Assembly (NCBI GenBank): GCA_963422365.1
Contig: OY729426.1
Location: 1,563,380-1,627,379 of the forward strand
Reading direction: 5' to 3'
Length of the DNA: 64,000 nucleotides
From: Nitrospirales bacterium
Lineage (GTDB): Bacteria; Nitrospirota; Nitrospiria; Nitrospirales; UBA8639
The position numbers were made by a program, and so were the translations under genes. A model generated the notes under the pieces. The model did not search any database. It saw only the letters and a program-made list of their open reading frames with translations, and had not been told where the DNA came from. This document shows, in pieces, positions 27,921 to 36,031 of this stretch. The stretch's first letter is position 1, and each line of letters opens with the position of its first letter.

Positions 27921-30900
27921 TCATGGTTGCTCGTTATCACGTTCAATCCAGGCAAGGATTTCCTTGAGATTCGCCTTGGCTTCTTGATAGTCAGGGGCGA
28001 TTTTCAAGACGTCTTGATAATGCGTGATGGCTTCTTGGTATTCCCCGGATTGAGCCAGGCTATTGGCTAAATTGAATCGAGCGCCAAGTGAGGTGGGTTC
28101 GCGCGTCAGTACTTCGCGGAACAACGTTGCCGCGGATTGATAGAGCCCCATTTGATAGCGGGTTAACCCCAAGTTGAACCAAACGGATGTGATCTGGGGC
28201 CATCCGGGATTCAGGCGAATGATGGACTCATAGAAATCCGCCGCCAGCGGATCGTTTCCCTGCCGTGATTGGCTCAAGGCAAGGTCGAACCGCACATTGA
28301 GGTTCTGTGGGTTGATCTGCAGCGCTTTATGCAACAAAGGAATGGCAGCGTCGTATTGTTCTTCGAGAACCAGTTCATGCCCTTTGGCTGTCCAGATCTG
28401 TTCAAGAAAGGTTCGGGTTTGATAATTCGAAGGATGCAGTTCCCATGATTGAGCGTACAGCTCAGTGGCCTCCTCTATGCGATTGTCGGCACGGGTCACG
28501 ATGCCCTCGGTCAGGAGTTGCGCCGCGGTGGAGACCCGAGCTAATCGCTCGAGCATGTCGTCGTTCGAGGACGGGTCGACATGCACGATGTCGGTGAGGG
28601 GACGGAAGTGGGGGAGGAGGCTTGCCAATGTTTCTGCGGCCAGGGTCACCGTATTCAAGGCGTTGAAGGCAAGCGGCGTCGAGTATTCAATGAAGCGGTT
28701 GTCATCGGTATTCAGCGGCGCATCGTGCGTCCAATTCCGGATTGCCGAGCCGTGGCTCATAAACAGGCCTAACAGATTGTAGGGATCGGAATCGAGCTGA
28801 CGCATGCCGCCCAATGGATCGTGGACTGCGTATCGTTCTAGGAAGCGTTGCAAATCAATGTGGAGGGGATCGAGTCCGCCCAAGATCAACAGGTATCCGC
28901 CGTTCAACCACAGGGAAGTCTCCGGAAACACGGATTGGAAGGTACGGACCAGGGTCCGCAAATCGTCCGTACTCAACTGATTGATGGTGATCCATTGGGC
29001 CATGAGGCCGCCAGGAGCCAATTTGGCGCGACATTGCCGATAATGTTCTTGGGTGTACAGACTGCCGACTCCGGTTTGGTAGGGGAAGAACAGTTCTTGT
29101 ACGATGAGGTCGTACGTGTTGCGCGTTAACTTGATAAAGTTGCGTCCGTCTTGTTCGACGACCCGGACCTTGGGATGCTCAAGCACCTGAGCATTCGCCT
29201 GAGCAAAGAAGCGTTTTGCCGCGTCAATGACGCCCAGAGAGATTTCGACCACCGTGACCTGTTCGACGTCCTCCCGTAAGGTCGGTGAAAGGGTAATGCC
29301 TGTCCCTAATCCCACCACCAGCACGCGTTGAGGATCGGGATGCAGGAAAAGCGGCAAATAGCCTTGAATACGCTGAACGCGAACCTCTTTGGCGCCGCTG
29401 CCCCCTTCCTGTCGCAGCCGGCTGGTCAGTAGCGTGCGGGCCAGGGTTTTTCGGTCTTCAAAGACCTCCGTGACTCCCAAGGCATCTTCATGATGATACA
29501 GCACCGCCTGGGAAGTCCCTGCCGCAGCGTGCCGGAATGTAAGGTCTGCGTTCGTTGCAAGCCAGGCAAGCACTCCGAGAAGAAAAAAGAAGGCGAGCCC
29601 CTTGCCCCATAAGTTGGGAATCGTGGACCGGTGTTGCACGGGCTTGCCCCCTGCGGATGACAAGGGAAGGCGCCAGACAAGCAACGCCAGCGTGCAAACC
29701 AGACAGGCTGAGAGCACAAGCCAGGCATGGGTGAGCCCTAAAAAGATAAGAAACCCAAAGGTCGTGAGCACGGCTCCGATCACGGCTCCCCAATTATGCC
29801 ACGCATACAATCGCCCTAGAGGAGAAATAACGCCTGCATGAGGCTGATTGGGTGATGAGACTGTCGCAAGGTCGCAGAGGCTGCAAAAGGCCATGCCCAA
29901 TCCAAACATGGGTACACCGAGAATCGTCACGGTTAATAACGCGTCGCTCAGAAGAAACTGCAGGATCGTCAACTCCTGCGGGCGTAGCTCTTGGAAGATT
30001 CGATCAAACAGAGAAGCAATATTACCCGCAATGGGCACAACCGTGAGTTGAGCGATAAGGGCGATGAAGAGCCCCCATAGGAACAGCCCGGGCTGGTTCT
30101 GCACCTTTCCCCTGAGCCAGAGGTAGATTCCGGAGCCGAATCCCATCATGAGCAGCACCGTGGTTAAGAGGATGCCCTCCGCATAGGCAGTGATATTGAC
30201 AATGAGCCAGACGTACTGCGCCCCGATGATCTCTAACGAAATAATGAGAAACCCAACGACGGCCCCTAGCGTTTGAAGGACGGATAACGACAGCATCCCG
30301 CTCGCGACGTTTGCGAGTTGTGGCTGTCTCTCCAGGGCTAGATGGGCACGGTCGGACGCCCGGTAGCTTCCGACAAAGGCGGCCAAGGCGAGAACAAGGT
30401 TCGTCATCCCGAGTGCCAGGGAGGTGCTCTTCAATCCTAGAGAGGGAATCAAAGCGAGCGAAGCGAGCGCCCCCAATCCTGAGGCCAGGAGGCCGATACA
30501 GTAAAGCAGACCGGGTTTGGTCGTGTGTGAACGAGCAAAGAATTGTGTGAGCAAGGAAGCCAGCACGGGAAAGTTCATCCCGTGCAGGGTGGTGATAGGA
30601 AGAAGAAGTAAACCTACATAAAGACCTCTCACCAAAAGATGCCGGAGCCCTTCGGTTTCCGGTGCCATCAGTACATAGAGGTGGTCTCCCCAGGTCAATA
30701 AAAAAGGAAAGGCTATTCCCAAGAGACCCATCAGGGTTTGAAAGAGGGCGACGAGGCGATAGGTGACGCGTCCGGCAGGTTCGTGCTGGTCTTGAGGCGT
30801 ACCTTTCCATCGAGCGATCACGTAACTGCCGAGGCCCAACCCTGCCATGAACGTGGCTAAGACGATGCCGAAGGCGGTCACCGTCATGCCGATAGACGCG

Positions 30901-31001
30901 GTCAACAGCTTGATCCATACGACCTCATAGGCAATGCCCACGAAAGAATGAAGAGCGTATAACAGCAGAATCAGCGTGCTCATGGAAAAAAGGGCTGGCA
31001 T
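27921..31001 (-). CDS. Fused polytopic membrane / spermidine-synthase-like (PABS fold) / TPR protein, 1026 aa
   Basis: About 500 aa of TM helices, then a Rossmann methyltransferase-like domain (RVLVVGLGTGIT...VTVVEISLGVIDAAKRFF...VVEQDGRNF...YDLIVQELFFP). C-terminal TPR repeats (ALQINPQN..., AIRLNPGW..., VLKIAPDYQEAKANL). Confidence 0.8.
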   Translation of the reverse strand: MPALFSMSTLILLLYALHSFVGIAYEVVWIKLLTASIGMTVTAFGIVLATFMAGLGLGSYVIARWKGTPQDQHEPAGRVTYRLVALFQTLMGLLGIAFPFLLTWGDHLYVLMAPETEGLRHLLVRGLYVGLLLLPITTLHGMNFPVLASLLTQFFARSHTTKPGLLYCIGLLASGLGALASLALIPSLGLKSTSLALGMTNLVLALAAFVGSYRASDRAHLALERQPQLANVASGMLSLSVLQTLGAVVGFLIISLEIIGAQYVWLIVNITAYAEGILLTTVLLMMGFGSGIYLWLRGKVQNQPGLFLWGLFIALIAQLTVVPIAGNIASLFDRIFQELRPQELTILQFLLSDALLTVTILGVPMFGLGMAFCSLCDLATVSSPNQPHAGVISPLGRLYAWHNWGAVIGAVLTTFGFLIFLGLTHAWLVLSACLVCTLALLVWRLPLSSAGGKPVQHRSTIPNLWGKGLAFFFLLGVLAWLATNADLTFRHAAAGTSQAVLYHHEDALGVTEVFEDRKTLARTLLTSRLRQEGGSGAKEVRVQRIQGYLPLFLHPDPQRVLVVGLGTGITLSPTLREDVEQVTVVEISLGVIDAAKRFFAQANAQVLEHPKVRVVEQDGRNFIKLTRNTYDLIVQELFFPYQTGVGSLYTQEHYRQCRAKLAPGGLMAQWITINQLSTDDLRTLVRTFQSVFPETSLWLNGGYLLILGGLDPLHIDLQRFLERYAVHDPLGGMRQLDSDPYNLLGLFMSHGSAIRNWTHDAPLNTDDNRFIEYSTPLAFNALNTVTLAAETLASLLPHFRPLTDIVHVDPSSNDDMLERLARVSTAAQLLTEGIVTRADNRIEEATELYAQSWELHPSNYQTRTFLEQIWTAKGHELVLEEQYDAAIPLLHKALQINPQNLNVRFDLALSQSRQGNDPLAADFYESIIRLNPGWPQITSVWFNLGLTRYQMGLYQSAATLFREVLTREPTSLGARFNLANSLAQSGEYQEAITHYQDVLKIAPDYQEAKANLKEILAWIERDNEQP

Positions 31002-31002
31002 C

Positions 31003-31560
31003 GCGTCATTCCTGTATGTGTTCAGTAATTCGTTGACAAGATTCGTCCATGTATTTGGGAGAGATTCCGGTCATCCCCGGCAGTTTCCTCTCTGTCCTTC
31101 CCGACGGGTGTCATCGGGAATCCAGTCCCGGTGTAGGGCCGCATCTTATGCGGCCAAGAAGAAGAAGGCGCCATGAGATGGCGCCGCTACAACAGAAGGA
31201 GAAGAGAGACGGCCTCTTCGTTCTGTCAACGAATGAGTGAATATTTACAATCCTGAGCAACAACGCGCCTATCCTGCTTGCCCTGAACATAGTGAAGGGA
31301 GCGACAGCGAAGGAAAGGATCTGCTTTTATAGGCAGTTGCTGTTGCAACGACGAGATTCTTCACTTCGTTCAGAATGACAATCATCGTGTGGCCGGGGCC
31401 CCGCATTCTGTTAACGAATGCCTGTCCCCGACGTTTTTAATCGGGGAAGTGAACATTTACAATCCCGACGCTTGTCCCCGATCCCCGATCGAGTCGAGGA
31501 CAAGCTCTGTTCGGGGATCTAATCGGGGATCCATTTTTTGATGAGGACCGTCGGAGACAT
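31003..31560. repeat. About 560-nt cluster of mosaic palindromic repeat modules
   Basis: Modules present: cgtcattcctgtatgtgttcagt (31004..31026, identical to 56764..56786); tcccgacgggtgtcatcggga; tagggccgcatcttatgcggcc (31134..31155); gaaggcgccatgagatggcgccgctacaac; tgtcaacgaatg; gcctgtccccgacgtttttaatcggggaagtgaac (31420..31454). All recur elsewhere in the window in both orientations. Confidence 0.85.
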
Positions 31561-31691
31561 GCTTGCTTTTACTGCGCTTGTCCTCACAAAAGTGACAGGC
31601 TGTAATTTTATCTGACATTATCCGAAAGACAAATTACAAATTCTTGCAAATTAACACATGAAATTGCACGTGGAGATTCGCCAAATATTCA

Positions 31692-31725
31692 GAAAAAAAG
31701 AGAGGCCGACTAGGGTCGGCCTCTC
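31692..31725 (-). terminator. Rho-independent terminator of the TonB-dependent receptor gene
   Basis: On the minus strand: gagaggccgac-ccta-gtcggcctctc followed by tttttttc. It lies about 70 nt after the stop at 31794. Confidence 0.8.
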
Positions 31726-31793
31726 GGACGTGACTCCCGCAACGGGGGGAAGGAGCAGCAGCAGAGAGTTACGACTCGGGGAGCTTTGACATA

Positions 31794-33977
31794 TTAGGGA
31801 AGGTTGATGGAGTGCCACACCGACACCTTGGGATTGATCCCTGCCTCGGGAAGAAATGATAAGTGTCGACGGTAGTTTCGATCCGTCAGGTTATCGACTC
31901 CGAGATTGACTTGGAATCCTTGACCCCAGGATTTCGGAAGGTCGGGGAGCAGCACTTCAACGGGTTTCAAGGTGGCGTAGATATCGAAGAGCACATAGCC
32001 TCCGGTTGGTTGCACAGCAGAGCCTGGGACCACCACGGTTCGGTCCTGGTCGCCCGTAATTTGTGTCCTCCCCCCAATGGTTAATCCCCAGGCAGGGTAT
32101 TGATAGTCAATGCCCAGCACCGCTCGTTTTTGAGGAATGTTTGTCAAGGGCAGTTCATTGGTTTCATCGGTCCCGTGCGACTGACTGTAGTTTCCAGACA
32201 GGGTGACATTCTCAAGCGTGCGCCATTCGAATTCTGCTTCCCACCCCTGAATTAAGGCATTTGTGATATTGACAGGGGTAAAAAAGAATTCCACGGTCCT
32301 TGGTGGAGTGAATATAGTAGCAATTTCAAGGGAAATTAAATTCCTGAGCTTGTTTCTGAAGTAGGCTCCCTTAAAAATGAATTGATCGTTATTGGAAAGC
32401 ACTTTTGGTAATTTCACGCGGAACCCCGCGTCGATGTTCCGGCTACGTTCTGGGCTCAGGTCTGGATTGGCAACAAAAACGCCACCAGGAAAATGAGTGC
32501 CTGCGATAAAGAGGTCACCGAACGTGGGTTGACGGAATCCATGGGCATAGTTCGCTTCAAGGAACAGGAAGTCTGTGACCTGAATCACCGCGCCGACTTT
32601 CGGGTTGAGGACGCCTACGGATTTGGTTGATTCGCCGGATGTTTCATTTCTCCAATGATCCCAGCGAATGGCGGGAATGAGGGTAATGCGATCGAAGAGC
32701 GTGATTTCATCCTGCAGATACAGGGCGAAGACATCAGACTTCGCATCCGGGAAATACAGGCGGCTCCCTGTAGGGGGGAAAATAGGTCCACTCCTCCCAA
32801 AACCTATGGGAAAAGAGGCAGTGCGACTTCCTCCGCTCCTTTGAGTATTCCGGAAAAATTCAGACCCGAAGGTTACAATATGATGGTGCGTGGAAAGATT
32901 GCCGAAATTCATGGAATTTCTGAGATCATACCCAAACGTATCGAAACTGATATCGTCTCTTTTCCGATTATTAACCTGAGTTTCCGTGATATCCAATGTT
33001 GTGAGATAGACAAATCCTTGAAGATTCAAGTACGGATTCGCCGGATTGTTATGCGTGTATCCTAAGCGGTACGTGATTTGATGATTCACTCGGTCGGCGA
33101 TACGAGACGTTGCAGGCACAGTAACCAGACCCGTATCAGGATCAATGTCAGGAACAGCAATAGAGTTGGTGTCGAAGGGGATCTGCGCGGCTTGTCGAGT
33201 GGCTTGAATGGAAAATTTGGCTTCGTCATGCGGAGTCGGTTTCCACACGAGCTTGCTCAAATTGGCTGCGGTATCTTGCGCGGAGTTGGCTAACCGCCCC
33301 AAATCGCCGCCCAGGCGAACGTTTTCTCCGGCCCGAAAGGTCCCGCTGGCCATGACTTCCAATTGGTTGGTGAGGCGAGCCGATAAAGTGGTCGTGGAGA
33401 GGAGTTCTTCATTCTGGTATTGGTAGCCGAATTTTTGCCGCATGCCGTACCGCATGTCCGGAGCCAGATAATCGGATGGGTCCTTGGTCACCATGGCCAC
33501 GACCCCGCCCAAGGCTTGGCTGCCGTACAAGGCCGAGCCCGGTCCGCGAATCACCTCCACCTGTTTGAGTTGATCCATGTCGAAAAAGATGCGACCTTTG
33601 TGCCCAGATTGGAAGTTGAGTCTGACGCCATCCACCAACGTGAGTACTCGCGCACCTGCCAACCCTCGAATATTCGGTCCCTCTCCCATGGTTCGTGGGC
33701 CGTCCCCCGAAGCAACGCCTGGTTCATAGCGCAACACGTCGTCCAGACTTTGCGCTTGACGTTGTTGAAAATAGTCTTGAGTCAGGACGCTGACTTCGCC
33801 TGGCGTGGTCAACGGGTCCCGTTCGGTTTTGGTTGCGCTGACCGTCACTTGCGCAAGTCGTAGCTTGACTTTCTTGGGTTGCGAGTCTTCGGCGTCTTCA
33901 GCATCTTGTCCATAGACCTGTGCTGAGGAAAGCCAGAAGAGCACAAGGACAGCCAAGAGACAAAATTTCTTTGTCAT
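31794..33977 (-). CDS. TonB-dependent outer-membrane receptor
   Basis: Signal peptide and a plug domain (TKTERDPLTTPGEVSVLT...SLDDVLRYEPGV...IRGL...VDGVRLN...IEVIRGPGSALYGSQALGGVV), then a long beta-barrel. 727 aa. Confidence 0.9.
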   Translation of the reverse strand: MTKKFCLLAVLVLFWLSSAQVYGQDAEDAEDSQPKKVKLRLAQVTVSATKTERDPLTTPGEVSVLTQDYFQQRQAQSLDDVLRYEPGVASGDGPRTMGEGPNIRGLAGARVLTLVDGVRLNFQSGHKGRIFFDMDQLKQVEVIRGPGSALYGSQALGGVVAMVTKDPSDYLAPDMRYGMRQKFGYQYQNEELLSTTTLSARLTNQLEVMASGTFRAGENVRLGGDLGRLANSAQDTAANLSKLVWKPTPHDEAKFSIQATRQAAQIPFDTNSIAVPDIDPDTGLVTVPATSRIADRVNHQITYRLGYTHNNPANPYLNLQGFVYLTTLDITETQVNNRKRDDISFDTFGYDLRNSMNFGNLSTHHHIVTFGSEFFRNTQRSGGSRTASFPIGFGRSGPIFPPTGSRLYFPDAKSDVFALYLQDEITLFDRITLIPAIRWDHWRNETSGESTKSVGVLNPKVGAVIQVTDFLFLEANYAHGFRQPTFGDLFIAGTHFPGGVFVANPDLSPERSRNIDAGFRVKLPKVLSNNDQFIFKGAYFRNKLRNLISLEIATIFTPPRTVEFFFTPVNITNALIQGWEAEFEWRTLENVTLSGNYSQSHGTDETNELPLTNIPQKRAVLGIDYQYPAWGLTIGGRTQITGDQDRTVVVPGSAVQPTGGYVLFDIYATLKPVEVLLPDLPKSWGQGFQVNLGVDNLTDRNYRRHLSFLPEAGINPKVSVWHSINLP

Positions 33978-34069
33978 GCCTATCTCCTTTTGTTCCGATT
34001 ATGAGCACGTAGGGTATGGCTTGTGGCCTCCTGCTGCTATCCGGCGAAAGACAAACCGCTACAAATTTT

Positions 34070-34123
34070 GATATGCATACTCATTTTCAATTGACAATTA
34101 TAGCAATAAATAGGGCCTTTCAA
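34070..34123 (-). promoter_or_regulatory. Candidate sigma-70 promoter with an overlapping Fur-box-like site upstream of the TBDR gene
   Basis: Minus strand: TTGAAA (34123..34118), 15 nt, TATAAT (34102..34097). GAAAATGAGTATGCATATC (34088..34070) matches 13 of 19 positions of GATAATGATAATCATTATC. Confidence 0.4.
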
Positions 34124-34234
34124 AATGTTCATTGACCGGAAATTTATGTCGATCCACCGGAAAAAAGCCTTTTGACCTATGATTCAGTCGTAGACAGCTT
34201 ACTTGCGGGTGCCGACAGGCTGGCGCCCGTTGTT

Positions 34235-34711
34235 TTAATATTGCAAAGAAATGGTCAATGATAATCCGCGTGCTGGAAGCTCGAAGGAGGTTTCTTGAAA
34301 GGTAGGAGGGCCCATGACAAGCGGGTTCAGACTCAGACCATAGCCTTCCGACGGCCACATGCCCAAGACTCGATTGAGCCTGGTGTCTCCGTTCTCATCA
34401 TGGTATGCCATGATCGCGTAGGGGCCAGGGTCGAGGTCTGTAAACTCGACAACGGCCGTCCCTTGTGTGGCTTTTGTTGCCTGAACTGTAAAGCATTGTT
34501 CTTCATCAGGAAACGAATCGGGTGAATTGAAAAGAACGACCCGAACGGGTTGGGCGCTGTTATGGATTCCTTCCACCGTGACATGGAGTGTGGCCGCGCT
34601 GCCGGGGGCGCTGGCTAACAGGCTGAACCCAAGGGGCCAGCAAATGATCCACAGCCATTTGATCATGCCGCGGAATTCACAAGAACGGATGCCTGCTTCT
34701 CCGGTCATCAT
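34235..34711 (-). CDS. DUF2141-family secreted protein
   Basis: LHVTVEGIHNSAQPVRVVLFNSPDSFP...GPYAIMAYHDENGDTRLNRVLGMWPSEGYGLS is the characteristic DUF2141 pattern. An ATGA overlap with the exbD stop. Confidence 0.75.
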   Translation of the reverse strand: MMTGEAGIRSCEFRGMIKWLWIICWPLGFSLLASAPGSAATLHVTVEGIHNSAQPVRVVLFNSPDSFPDEEQCFTVQATKATQGTAVVEFTDLDPGPYAIMAYHDENGDTRLNRVLGMWPSEGYGLSLNPLVMGPPTFQETSFELPARGLSLTISLQY

Positions 34712-35082
34712 TTGTGTTCCACGGCGAGGCTGATTTTGGTTAACCCTGCGCCTCTCACGTCATCCACGACGTCAACGAATCGCTCGAACTGAATAACGCG
34801 GTCGGCTCGAACGAGCACCAACGTTTCCGGCGGGAACCGCTGCAATTCACTGAGCACCGCTTCTTGTGGAAGGGGAGTACCATCCAAGAAGATGTCCCCT
34901 GAGGATGTCATCGTGATCGTAATCGGCTCGCTCGGTGCGGCGCTTGTTGCGTTGGCTTGAGCGAGATCCACGGGAATTTGTCCGGTCGAGATAAAGGTCG
35001 CCGTGGTTAAGACAATGACCAGCAAGACCAACATCACGTCGACCAGGGGGATGACGTTGATTTGATTCAGTTCATGATCCAT
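34708..35082 (-). CDS. exbD: Biopolymer transport protein ExbD/TolR
   Basis: INVIPLVDVMLVLLVIVL TM helix and a periplasmic domain. 124 aa. Confidence 0.85.
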   Translation of the reverse strand: MDHELNQINVIPLVDVMLVLLVIVLTTATFISTGQIPVDLAQANATSAAPSEPITITMTSSGDIFLDGTPLPQEAVLSELQRFPPETLVLVRADRVIQFERFVDVVDDVRGAGLTKISLAVEHK

Positions 35083-35497
35083 GGCTAACCTTATACTGCG
35101 TCAGCAACTCCGCCACCCGCCGCCGCAGTGCATTATTCATGACGACACAAGGAATGGCGACCAGCAGGCCGACTGCCGTGGCTTTCAGGGCCAAGCTTAA
35201 CCCGACCATGATCGCGCTCACTTCGATCGTCTTGGTCGTGCCCATGGTATGAAAGGTCACCATGATCCCGAGGACGGTTCCGAGAAGCCCGATATAGGGC
35301 GCATTTGCGGCAACGGTGCCGATCACGACGAGTCGTTTGGTCAATGAAATTTCCAATTGCTGCGAATCGGCAAACTGAGCTAGGGACGCGCGCCGGTAAA
35401 AGATCCAGCGCTCCAGGGCCACGGCAACGGCCCACATGCTCAACAGCAGAAGGAGCCCGATAATTCCATAATCAATGATGGTGTGTAAGGTGGTCAT
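35072..35497 (-). CDS. exbB: MotA/TolQ/ExbB proton-channel protein
   Basis: APYIGLLGTVLGIMVTF...ALKATAVGLLVAIPCVV is the typical ExbB core. 141 aa. Confidence 0.85.
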   Translation of the reverse strand: MTTLHTIIDYGIIGLLLLLSMWAVAVALERWIFYRRASLAQFADSQQLEISLTKRLVVIGTVAANAPYIGLLGTVLGIMVTFHTMGTTKTIEVSAIMVGLSLALKATAVGLLVAIPCVVMNNALRRRVAELLTQYKVSHGS

Positions 35498-35531
35498 GCG
35501 GTCACGTTCTCCTTTGTTTTGCCTTCATGCC

Positions 35532-35993
35532 TCAGGGGGCTTGTGTCGATCGTTGAGTATGGAGTTTCTCGGAAAAGGAAAGGGACCGAAGGCCCTTCAT
35601 GGGAAGGCGGATCTCGCCGAAGTCGGACTGTCCAATAAGCGTGACCTCCTTCGCCAGAGGAAATTCACCGGATTTGCCGTTTAACAGCTTGATGGTCAGA
35701 GCCTGACGACCCTTCATCGGGTGATCGGGTTTAACCTGAATTTTCGCGATCTGTTGAAATTTGACGTTGATCGTGGCGGCTCCGTGTTTGACCGGAATAT
35801 GCGTGATTTCATGTGGGACGAATGTCGTCTCATCAATTTTTTCTTCCCAGTAAAGCCGGGCGTTGGAGACCGACATCTGGACGCCTTCGGCATCGATGGT
35901 TTTAGCCGTAAACGTACTGTTTTGAGCGAGGGCATACGCGGGAAACACGATCGTCAGAGCCAGCAGTAAGGCAAAGAAATTGGCGCGGATCAT
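35532..35993 (-). CDS. Secreted hypothetical protein embedded in the TonB-ExbBD operon
   Basis: Signal peptide MIRANFFALLLALTIVFPAYALA, beta-rich, no recognised motif. The track ORF starts at 36035; the ATG at 35993 is preferred. Confidence 0.6.
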   Translation of the reverse strand: MIRANFFALLLALTIVFPAYALAQNSTFTAKTIDAEGVQMSVSNARLYWEEKIDETTFVPHEITHIPVKHGAATINVKFQQIAKIQVKPDHPMKGRQALTIKLLNGKSGEFPLAKEVTLIGQSDFGEIRLPMKGLRSLSFSEKLHTQRSTQAP

Positions 35994-36031
35994 GATGTAT
36001 TCTCCTTTGTGATGGGATGTCTTCTGAGTAC

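Noticed and set aside
30022-30918. 298-aa minus-strand ORF inside the 1026-aa gene
   Set aside because: It is an alternative frame of the same strand, Arg/Pro/Gly-rich as expected from off-frame reading of a GC-rich membrane-protein gene.
31400-31560. Possible CRISPR array (closely spaced palindromic units with ccccga/tcgggg cores)
   Set aside because: The units are not identical, have no regular repeat-spacer periodicity, occur in both orientations and recur singly all over the window. No cas genes are present.
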